A stretch of DNA of 64,000 nucleotides, from the NCBI GenBank assembly GCA_002633005.1, contig NMRA01000422.1, forward strand, positions 186,001 through 250,000. The letters are read 5' to 3'. Position numbers and translations under genes: made by a program. The stretch comes from Phoronis australis (Eukaryota; Animalia; Phoronida). The notes under the pieces are model-generated. The model did not search any database, was not told the DNA's origin, and saw nothing but the letters and a program-made list of their open reading frames with translations. Positions 23,030-35,000 of this stretch are shown here, in pieces (position 1 is the stretch's first letter; the number at the start of each line of letters is the position of its first letter).

Positions 23030-23090
23030 ATGCATGGCTTTGCCGGAGTCATTTTCCTGCTGGGAGTGTTGATGCCAACAGATGTGCGAG
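23030..23090 (+). CDS. Putative signal-peptide exon of the cubilin-like gene
   Basis: Acceptor ttcctctcctgtatttag at 22986; MHGFAGVIFLLGVLMPTDVR(G); donor G|GTAGGT in phase 1, matching the phase-1 acceptor at 34906. Confidence 0.55.
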
Positions 23091-26000
23091 GTAGGTGCAA
23101 TAAGATGGAAAAATGCGTCATCGGAGGGTGTACACCAACAGGTAGATCAGCTTCGTGTAACGTGCGAATCAAAAACTAAGGATTAAGAAATAAATCAACG
23201 GTATATGTCTCAGTTGTTTGAAGAACATTGATCAAATCATTAAAATGGAATTGACAATACAGTCAATTTGTCGACATAGTAGATGTGCAAGTCCGACATG
23301 CTTAAAAGTTACGCGCAGTTGAAACCGTAGAGCTGTTATTGTTGAAACAGGGAAAACATCTAATAATACAAGGTAACACACCTCATGAGGCGAGAGAAAA
23401 TACAACATATAGGTATACATTATAATGAAAAAGCGAATGAAGATATTCAAATTAACAAATGGAATGTGCTGCAATACACTTCACCAATTCTATCAATGTA
23501 AAATTCATATTTATGAGTATTTGGTGAGCAAATTTTCTTTAAAACATTACATGTCAAATAGAAAATTTGCTACCTGACGTGTGGTCGGATGTAGAAGGAA
23601 CGTCGTGTTTTTAAACACACGTCAGATTTTAAATCATACGTTCTGATTCCTAACTGGCCACCAATTAGAGAGAAAATCTACTTAGGACATTCTCAATAAA
23701 TATGGCCCGAACGTTGTTTTTAAGGTAATGTCCAAATTTGACTAATTTCGGAATATTATATCTGATCGAACGCTTATGAAACTTTTACTAGATACTATGC
23801 ACTATGCATTGTTCTGTTCACAACGGTATTAGGAAATTTCAAAAACTGTTGCATTTTTGTATGAGGGGCTACCAAAAAATAAGATTTTCGTGAACAAATC
23901 TCAGTTGCGTAAAGCGAAAACGAAACTATGATTTAGAAAACAGAAACAGCGTTTTTGAGATATCATCAGGAATTTTCATATCAAACGAAATTTTTGGTGA
24001 CCATTTCGTGACACCGTTGTTTTGTGATCACCGCACATTACTTCTTGATAAAAAGACATGTTCACGTTATCCAGTCAATGACATGTTCACGTTATCCAGT
24101 CAATGACATGTTCACGTTATCCAGTCAATGACATGTTGTTAAATTGTCAAATTCTACAGTCTATCTACTTTCAGGAGTATGTTTTTTTCCGGAATCAAAA
24201 TCTACAGTTTTGTACATAATTGGCTCAATACACAAACTTGTCCATAACGTCCTGCATATCCATAACACCACATTCATACATGTATATGAATTTGAACAGC
24301 CAAGGTTTGTACCGTTAAATGCAGTCACGAGTGGAAATAAGGTCAAAAGTAAGCAGTGACTGCTGAGTCTTATTTATGCTGATCCACATTCGCGGGACAC
24401 TGTTGGTTGTTTAAGCATAAATGAAACATTTTTTCAGTGGCGATCACACTATTTGCCAGGGGTAAGTGACGAGCGAAGTTGCAAAGTAAAACAACTTGGG
24501 TTGAAGTGTATGTAGAAGTACCCAGACTAAAAGAATGGCAGCAATTGAAGGGCTTGACAGAAAAGGGTATTAAAATTGGGAAACAAATAACCTCCAAGAT
24601 GGTGGGTGGGAAGATTAATGCAGAAAAACGTAGCACGTCTCAGGCCAAATAGATGACTGAAGAGAATGAACCATGCCAGGCTATACTGACACGAAGGAGA
24701 ACTACCTCATTAGGGAGGCCTATGAACACAAAAGTAGTACACGGTGACTATAAATTGCAATGTATAATGCAAATTAATCTCTAAGGGTGGATGGAAATAG
24801 AAATGACAAAGAGCAAAATCATTCAGATTAATCCATTTAAAAAGTTTAAACTTAGCATTTGTTGAAATAGGGACAAAACCTGTGACGCATCATTTCTACT
24901 CACTTGCCAATGTTCATCATAGTTATTTATATTATATGCTCGCAATACGAAGAAAGCGATAATGAAGAATGGATTTTCGTTTTATGAGAAATTAATTTAA
25001 GGAAAATGCAGAAATTCAAGAGATAAGCAAAACACAATACATTTTTTATATTTCTTCTTTTTGTCAAAGCAATAGGTCCAGTGTTCGAAGAGCGGTAATT
25101 TATTTTCTTGGCTCTGTTACAGGAGAATTACTTTAGTGTTGCTTTGGGCAAGTTATCTCTATGTGGTCGATATTCTTGGATGAATTTGGTATTGATAAAT
25201 ATTTACAGCAAGATATAATGTCTTGTAACTTGAGAAGAATTTTCAAATTGAGGGTGCATAAGAAAATTATATTCTTTCATTGCAACATTTCTGATCTTGT
25301 GTAACCTCCAGATTATTATTCCGTATGTGAGTGGACTAAGCTATTGTTTTAACAATTAAAATTGCATTTCGATTTTAGGTAGAACTTGTCTTTAAACGGT
25401 GATATAGCCTTTTTGAGTATTTTATGAAGATTCACCAGAATTAAAGGAGCATTTCGACACTAATAAGCTGCCCCTGTTAAATTCTTAACAGAAGCGCTTT
25501 CGGGTTTAAAATCATTACCGCACTCATCCGATTGAGCCGGCATATCATGTCACGTGCAATGCGTACATTCGTCACTTTCGAATTCGCAGTTTTAGGGTTC
25601 GCCGATCTCGATATTCTGCAGCATGAGGTGTTTTCTCGAGTTGCCTATGGTTGCTACATTTTTGTTCATATTGAAAATGAAGTCCTGTTTCACTATGAGA
25701 CTGGTTTCATGTGCTCAAGTGAAGTAATCAAATTTACTTAAATCAGTTTTTGGCCACAGCAATATTAAAAACCGGTCGATCGCCGCACAAATAAAAAAGT
25801 TAATGTTTCGACTATTCATTAGACATCATCAGAATTATATTTACAAAGGACAGCTAGTGCCAACATACAGCTCAGGTAACATTCATAAAGTGAAGTGAGA
25901 GATACAGGGAAATATGATCCTGATGATGTCTAATGAATAGACGAAACTTTAATTGAACATGAACTTTTTTATTTGTACGGCGATCGTCCGGTTTTTAATC

Positions 26001-29000
26001 AAATTTACGTTCCTTAGTTGCTAAACATTGAGGAAATGCTGTTTTAAACGTTTCGTAGCTGACTGTTAATGTAACTTGTGTATAAGTGTAAAGTATGTTA
26101 TTTATTTTGTCGATTAGTTCAAAACTACGTAGAAGTGAGTAGTGTCCTCAGCAGTATGTGATTATGTGCGCATGAGCGCGAGCGTGTGTGCGTGTATACG
26201 TACATTCATTGTCGAAGGAGAATAAAAGTTACACTCAGTCAATAAAAAAACGACGAATGATAGCCGTGGTTGTATTTCATCATGACAAAACATATCAGAT
26301 TCTTTGTTTGAGAAACTTGAAAGAAACGCATTTCCTTGAAGAACACTTGTTATCTTGGAAATTCGTCGCCATTAAACTCTTCCTGTAAGTATCAAGCAAA
26401 TCACGTATTTCAGCATGAATACAATGATATGAGGTCGGGATCTAGCTTCTGTTCTCTAAACCTGGTTACAAAACTGTCCAATATGGCAAATTTCAAGAAA
26501 ACTTAGGTTACAGTTGATGAAATTGACCCCCGCTGTACAGCTTTTCTATGCTCACACGTCACAAACTTTCCTTTGCCCTTAACATCATTTATAAAGGACA
26601 GGTCGCGCCGATCACGTTTGACTATAAAAAATATGTTTTCAAAGGCAACCTGCCAACACCATGAATGCTGAAAAACAACAATTGCGTTAACACAATTTTA
26701 TTCACCGGAATTCATGTGGAAGTATGAAGATTTTCACATGCTCGGCTAGGCTATTCGTAGGTTTTCTTCAAAACAGACAATGTCCCTCTTACAATGGCAG
26801 TTGACGGCGTTGGAAAAGCATATGTATCGAGGGAGTTTTATCAAGAGCAGTGTTGTTTAGAGTCACAAAATAAAGTAAGCATATGTGTTCGTGAAGGAAG
26901 GAATGGGCACTCCACACAAGCAAAGCAGGGACCCTCCTCATAAAAACTGCCGTCTTTGGTATCATTTCACAAGTAAAACCAACTGTAGCATTTGTCGTGT
27001 AGGCTAATACTCAATGCTGCAATGATATCAGATTGACACGGAAATAGAAGAGCTTTGCGGTGGAGTATACAGTGGCGGATTAAGAGGGGGCCAAGGGGGT
27101 CATGACCCCCCTAAAATTCTCCCAGATTATATTTGGTAATTCGACATGTAGGCTAAATGTCTGACGGGCAAAATCTTGGCTATAACTCTGCCCGGCCCCT
27201 CCCCCAACTCAAAATCCTAGATCCACCCCAGGTCAAGGTTTTGCAGCACTAGCTGGAGCATAGAACAGACATTACCTAGTACGTTTTGTTTGAGTAGACT
27301 TAAGTACGTGCGACCGAAATTAATAAAGACAGTGATTAACTCGAACCAGTCTTCAGTCTATCGTCACACCGAAAGCTACTAAACACCGGTCAGGGATAAC
27401 CTGTGTCCGCCCATCCACGGAGTAAACCGTGTCATGTTCATTTTAAGGTTTAACAGGTGCGTGCCGACTAAGTATGTTTCATGAATAAAACGGATAAAAG
27501 GATGAATACAGACAGCACATCCATATAAAAACCACAAGTTCTTATTTTTTCTCTTCATTCTTTTATTCATATCATGACTACAGTGCAATAAAAGTAAGTT
27601 TTTCATAAGCTCATTCATTCACACATTGCGATGAGAAAACCAGCCAGTTTCCTATCTTAAGAGTGCAGTGTACTTCAGACCAGACAAAAAGCCAGAAATT
27701 CTCGAAAAGCTACTTCAAAAGTGTCGCATTCAGCTTCCCAACTGTCTCTCTTACGAACGTGTCATTCTTGGACTTTATAAGACGCACGATTTTCTCAATT
27801 TAACATTTTGCTTCTACTAGCCAAACAGTACATTTACAAGGATAGATGTCACAAAAATATACCTAAGTGCGTTACGTATGAGTACTATAATGTTAAAAAA
27901 TTAATTGAATTTAAAAACTTTCTAAATGAAATGGGAAAATTTCATTGTTCACGTTAACTCCATGTAGAAGTTGTTTACGAGATACGAGAATGGTCTCTCC
28001 TGAGGTGTGCGTGCGTTTGTTTTTTACTCTGCGCGTGTAAGCACAGAGTACTGTTGTTCCTGGGTTTTCTTCAATTTTATTTTATTCTTCTTCTTATTCT
28101 TCTTCTTATTCTTCTTCTGACCAACTTTGAGGCTTAATAACTCCAAATTGGGTGCAGGTACGGTCTTTAAATTCAGCATATAACTTTTGACAGTATATAA
28201 ATTTTGATTGGTTATATAATCATATTCCATATTGCACCGGAAGAGGTCGTTTGGTGCAGAGTCATATAATTTTCAAAATGCTACTCCTCCTTCAGTTTTA
28301 AAGCTATCTTTTTCAAATTGACAATTTAAAAAATTACTTTTCTAAGGAATCGGGTCGTCCAATCAGGTGAAATAGGTCAAAGGTCATTAGCTGCAAACTA
28401 AAATTTTGAGCTAGACACTTCAAATTGACAGGTCTGATTGCCACAGGTAAATCAAATCGGAATCCAAAGTTTCAGGTCATTTAGTGCAAACATGGGGTCA
28501 TTAGGTGCATTTTTCTTCTGAAAATTTGACCTTTTCAATCAGCTAGTACATTTGTATTCTGATGTGTCAACCGTTAGACAACTGTGATTCTCAGCGTTAA
28601 ACACATTTTCCATGGGCTTTAAAATAATTCTCCTAAAAATGCTTAAAATGCACTGGATAAGGTCAATTAGTGCAAAGGTCATGTAACGTTCAAAATGTTA
28701 TATCTCTTACGTTTTTCAAGGAATTGTTTTCAATTTCAGCACACTGGTGTAAGTCAACATGCCAAGTGAATACCCTACTTTACTTTGCAACAGGCCTAAC
28801 CAATCAGAAAAATAGGTCAAAGGTCATTGAGTGCAAACTAAAATTTTGAGCTAGAGAATTCAGAATTACGTATCTGTTTACTAAGTGCGATTGAGTTTGA
28901 ATTCTAAATTTTCAGGTCATTTGGTGCACCCATTGGGTCATTAGGTGCATTTTTTCTTCTGAAAGTTTGACCAATTCATTCATTTTGTATTCTGAAGTGC

Positions 29001-32000
29001 TTAAAGTACAGCGTACAACAACTGTGATTTTTAACATGAACCACACTTTTAATCGAGTTAACAATTACTCCTTCATCGGGGCTCATAATGCACCGGAAGA
29101 GGTCAATTAGTGGAAAGGTCATCCAAAAATTAATATGTAATTTCTCCTACAATTTTAAAGAATTCCTTTTCATATTGGTAAACGGGTTGCTGTCAGTAAC
29201 TTCCCATAATAATTCCAGTAATGCGCACGCGCAGAGTCCGTTATTGCCACGCCGTGACAATAATCTTTCTAGTTTGTACTTGTTGTTTAAAATGATAATA
29301 TATACCATAAAAACAATTTGAGCGTGCGAATCTCACCTGAAGCCTAATTTTAGACACTGAATCTTAGTTGTAAGTTTGACCTACCTTTATTAATAGAATA
29401 GATAGTTTCACGATCGACATATGTCCCCAAAAGTAGCGACGAGCTAATATCTACATACAGTACATCAATGAGCCAATGTTTACAGCAACCTCAGACAAAT
29501 GGAGCACTTGCAGGAGGCGCAACTTATCAGTGAAACCCTTAGTCTTGATATCTAAATTGCTCCAAATTGTTTTTCAAAAATTTGGTTCATTTCAAAGCAC
29601 ATAGAATGTAATAAAATTGAAATATTTGGTTTTCCTGTGAATTACCTTTTTCTTAAGAGGTCCTTCAGTTGCCACTCATGTCACCAAAGAAAAAATGGCT
29701 GCCGAGGAAGATGAAGCAATCAGTGTTTACTGGAGTCTTTATGTTAATCTGGTTAGTGGGACTTCAATGGAATACCAAAACCAGCCAGCATTTGAAACAT
29801 TAGCTAAATCTAATAAGTCGATAACAGATCTTCTGAAATATGTTAAATCAGGCCTCGTCCCGTTCACTGCAGACGGAGAGGCAGCTGAATTTTGCCAGAG
29901 TGGGCTTAGTTACCACCGTTTGCTCTCAGAATTGACTGTTTGTGAAAACATCCAGCTCTGTTTGGAATCAGATGGAGACCAAGAAAAACATGTACCCACC
30001 CTCAATTGTAGAGTTTGAGTTTGGGGTGTCAGAGGAAATTCCCAAAGAATTGCTCGAGGAACAAAATGTAAACTGATTGAACTTGGGTCAGGTGACTTGT
30101 TATGCAGGTCATAAGTGTTACAAAAATTTTAGAAATGTAGTTGGTACATGCCTTTTTGCTTTGCTAGGACAACAAATTGAAGGGTCACAACAATGTTTTT
30201 GAATCCCTTGTTGCCCTATGGTGATGCCATCACGCGCGTTCAGTGCTGATGAATAACATAAAGCCTCCTCTAATCGTCTGGACAATCCTGTCAGCTACGA
30301 AGCAGCACGCGGGCGAAGTTCGCCGGGTACGACCCGATGATTACATGAAGCGCGCTGAACGAGAAGCAAATTCAGAATGATTATTAATTTAGCTATCATT
30401 GTAGTTAACAATGGTATCAGTAGCTGCAACGATTTTGCTGTTTCTGTCCACCTATGTCCTGTCTTTTGTGGCTGGGGCTGGACCTTTTCCGCGTTGGATA
30501 GAGCCCCCACGAACCCCCCTGGCTACGGACCTGCAATTCTTCAAATTTAGGTATTCACCGTTATTATGGAGATAGGAAAGTGCGTGATCTGGTTTTGGAA
30601 ATGGGGCACATTTTCGTGTCCCTCATTAACGTCGGAAGGCAAAGAATTTCATACCACGCATCCACGGGTATTTGTCCAGTTTATAAAACCTTTTCACGCC
30701 GGTGTTGCAAGCCAATCTCGAAAAGCAATGAGCGTTATTAAAGCCATTCTGTCAAAATTTAACTGTATTTCCTATGGGGTGCATTTTAAATTCTTTGACT
30801 CTATGATACTAACATATTGTGCAGAAATATGGGGAACATCAATGTGTGAATCTATTGAAAAGTTCATAATGATTTCTGTAAATATGTTCTGAGACTGAGT
30901 ATTAAAACGCCAAATGCCATGGCTCGCGGTGAATGTGGGAGACAATTGTTAATTAATAAATATATGTGTAAACCAATTATCTATTGGACAAAATTACTTG
31001 ATATGGAAGAACATAGGTACTCACTGAAGTCCTATAGTATGCTTAGGAAACAAGGCGAAAGCGGTAATTGTACTACACAATTTCGATGTTCAGGTCACTC
31101 ACTTAATATAGAGAAAGGGAGACACATGGGTATTCCTAGGAGTAAGAGAATATGCGACATATGCTGTCTGGGTGAATTTGAAGATGAGCCTCATTTCATG
31201 CGTCGATGCCCTGTTCTTGGAGACCTTAGAAGAAATCTTCCACCAGAGCTTGTGAATGTTAACTATTCTCTTGTTATGCTATTCCAACAGAAAAATCGTG
31301 ACAGTATCCAGCGCCTTGCATTGTATAGTCAGAAAGCTATGGCTTAAAGAAAAGAACTGCTCTCCGTGTAAATACTCTGAATATACGTTTGAATTTATGT
31401 ATTTATGTATGAGTAGGCAAAGCCTACGATGTACAATAAATGAGATAGATGAATATGAATATGAAAACTTTCACGCCGATGTTGCGGCCCATACACAACA
31501 CTTAATATTCGTTAGCATGGGAAGAACAAATAGAGTAATGCAACCGACAAAAACTTGTTAAAATCAAACAACAACAAGGAACGTGTGAAACTCCAGTGGC
31601 TCGAAAACGAGGCAGCACATGTGCCTGACGAATGTTTACTGCATTGTGGGTAAGTACAGCGAGATTCGAGTGTCGCTGTGTAATCCGGGATGGCCCTATT
31701 GCCATGAACCGCTAGTATACAATACTAATTATATATTTTTAATTCTACTGGTTATGGGTGCTTCGACAGTACAGTTAATAGCGGAAAGCGATCGAAAAAC
31801 AATCCTAATAAACTTCAGCACGTGCATTGTAATCAAGTAAATAACACCGGCATAAATCCTGAAGGTTACAGGAGTGATACACTAACTTATTCAGTTCTGA
31901 CAGAGGCGTTATTTTTAACTCGGGACACGATTTGTGTGCGTTAAAATATTGCCCTTCGTTATCCGTAGGAGTCACAAAGTATTGTAGGTGATACTCAAAC

Positions 32001-35000
32001 ATTAAGCTAAGACCATGAGTTATTATTAGAGATGCCATTGCACGAGAACGCCTGTCGGCCGTCGCGCCGGTTTCCAGCTGTAGCGCAGCTTTAATTAGAA
32101 AGCTCTAAAAATGTTACTGAGCTACTTTTTGAAATTTGAACACACGTCTTAGCCAAGTACAGAGATTTCATCGCTTGCTTCTCTCCGAGCCAGTTCTAAA
32201 TGTCGCGTTGTCTTTTACGCTGGCATTTTCCTCCGCGATAATTCCACGTTTCAAACACTCACTGACTCATTGCTACGCGAGGCTACCTAATTTTATAAGC
32301 ACCTCCTTGTGATGGTCACGTGACACAACAACTCATTTTTCTGACTCTGGCAAGTGTGCCCATTAGTTGGCCCAGTCTCATAAAGTTTACGTAAGCAGTG
32401 GAGGATTTAGGGGGGGGGGCAAAGGGGCCATGGCCCCCTTAAAATTCTCTCAGATTCCAATTGACAGCTTGGGGATGCGAATGTCTACCCTGGCCCCTCT
32501 AACTCAAAATCCTGGATCCGCCCCTGGTATCTGATACCCTAGAGCAACTGCATAAAATGTCAAGTGCTACCTTGTCTTCACCACAAATGAAACCGATGTC
32601 AAACTACACACTTCTTATCCTCGCAAAAAACAATTCACATGGCAGACATCAGATCATGAATCTAAAATAACAGATCACTCTGCATGGGGCTTCATGTTGC
32701 TCAACGGTGCCTTTTCTTATTTCTGCATTTTGTTTTCATAATCAGTTTACTGAAATGGTAAAGGACACATTCACTCACCCGTTTGGCTGACACCGTAGCA
32801 CAATAACTCCAAATAGGGTTCATAAACAAGGAAATAAGATAAAATAAACACGAACCTGATTCACGCAGGATGATTTTAAATGTCTTAGGCTAAAACGTTC
32901 GTTCTGTTCACACGATAAACTTGATATCGCTAAAACGTTATTAGCCGCTTGTATTTGCAAGTCGGCGCGGGTACGTGACAAGGGGTCCGTAACGCTGCTC
33001 ACCGTTCACTAGCTCGTTCCTACAATCCCCCGGCCCTATCTTCCTTCGTCCTGATGTTCCCCACACTGTATGTTTTCCCTTCCCATCGTATGATCCCCAG
33101 CCCACTCTTTCCACGGTCCTACCCATTGACATCATAATACTGCTTTGGATAACTGGCGGGTAAATTCGGGTATGCAGATGTTGTTTTCTGCACAAGCGTA
33201 CATGTGAAAACACACGATTGTCATGGAATACCAAACTTTTATTTACTTATGTACATTTAACAAACAGCATCATCATTGGATAACAGCATGTGCTGGTCAA
33301 TAATTATTTTTTAATTGATCTTATGGTCTCAATCAACAAGACTGAGGTGAAAAGAACGCATGGTGGCACCGCTTAAACTGTGGTGGGATAACCTAAATAC
33401 CTAGCACCTCTTAACTCCATGGCAGAACCAAAAACCACAATGGCCCAACTAAATAACTCAATGGCAGGACCAAAACACTCAACTCCTTGGCTGCACCACA
33501 TAAACTCGGTTTCCCGGCATTCCCACCAGGTTTTTAGATACGGCCACACAGCCGTTATTTTTAAAGTGTACACAACATGACTCTAGTACCTCAAAATAAA
33601 TTTTTATTATTATATCTTACTTGATTTCAGTGCCTTTAGTGCACAGCTCATAAAGAAACACGCAAAAATTGAAAAAATAATAATTATGTACAACGTCATG
33701 AGTTGAACCCAAGTCGTTTGCCATACTGTTCGGATCAGAGACAAAGTGTATAGAGTGAAGAGAAAGCAAAGTACATTTAGCGTCGAGAAGGTTCGTAGAG
33801 GGACCAAAAGATGTGTTTCCGGAGGCTGCAGCAACAGCAGCCAGGCGGAGAACGTCTCGGTGTTCCGAAGGACANTTGTACAATTAAAACACATAGCATC
33901 ACCAACTGACTAAACAGTAGGTTGTGCTTTCAAGTCCTACAATTAATCGATTTAGCTGTGATTCCGCAACTCTTTAGCTATGAGTAGTATGTAAAGCAAC
34001 CAAGGGACTCCATTTGGTCCACATTTTAATCACATGAAGAATCCTAACTCCCTGTATTAAAAGCCAAAGCAAAGGGATCCAAAGAGAAAAACCGAAACAC
34101 AGGGATTTTTGTCCGCCCAACAATCACAAACGTGGAGAATTTTTTCATGTAGTGCACCTTGTTTAGAACGTTGGCAACAACATTGCATACAAATTTTCAT
34201 GTTCCAGAATTACCTAATGTATGTAGGTCTACCCTGGTTACAACAATTTATCACTATGATATAAAGCACAGAACTATTGGTGTATACAGTAATAGTATTA
34301 GCCCTCTTAGTTGGCAATGTTCTTGTCCAATATCGGTGAGACTTTACTGTAGGTTCACGCTCCAATCACTGGCCGTTTAAATAAGACAACTGTATTGTAC
34401 ACATGTCTCACGATTTTCCATAATGTTTCAGATTATGGAGATTTTTAATGTAGTGGATTCTCAAGTCCTAATAGACTTTAACAATGATTTTACGGGGGGA
34501 AACACGTGATTATCAATATAGTGTCCACACTATCATGTACGTTCGATCCCTTATGAAAAAAGTGAGAATCTCTTTGGATTCCAATGAGATTCCAGTTAGA
34601 TTCTCACTAAAAGAACCATTTGAGTGAGAAATGCAAGTAAGCCATCACGTGTCTCCAGCTGCAGTCCCTTGATTTGCTATGGTCGCCGTAGGACAGTGAG
34701 AATCTTTTACGGTGGACAAAATAATGTGTCTTTGCCTCGTTACGTAAAAGGAGCCACGTTACATACAAGCCTCTTGTTTGTCGACATATGGGCGGATAGT
34801 CTCCATTTTTTCGGATTTGTAGTGAGAGGGAATTTGTTACTTCATGATGATGATGGGTTACTAATAATCAGCACTGACAGTGTTTAAAATTTGCTTCTAA
34901 CGCAGGTTCTGGATGTGGAGGTAATCTCGTCGCCACCACAACGAGAAAACGTTTGGAATCCCCCGGTTATCCTAGTTACTCCAACGGTTTGCAGTGTCGG

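Noticed and set aside
24360-24760. Purine-rich coding-like stretch (also 26600-27050)
   Set aside because: Multiple stops and no recognisable motif; probably old TE debris, not assignable.
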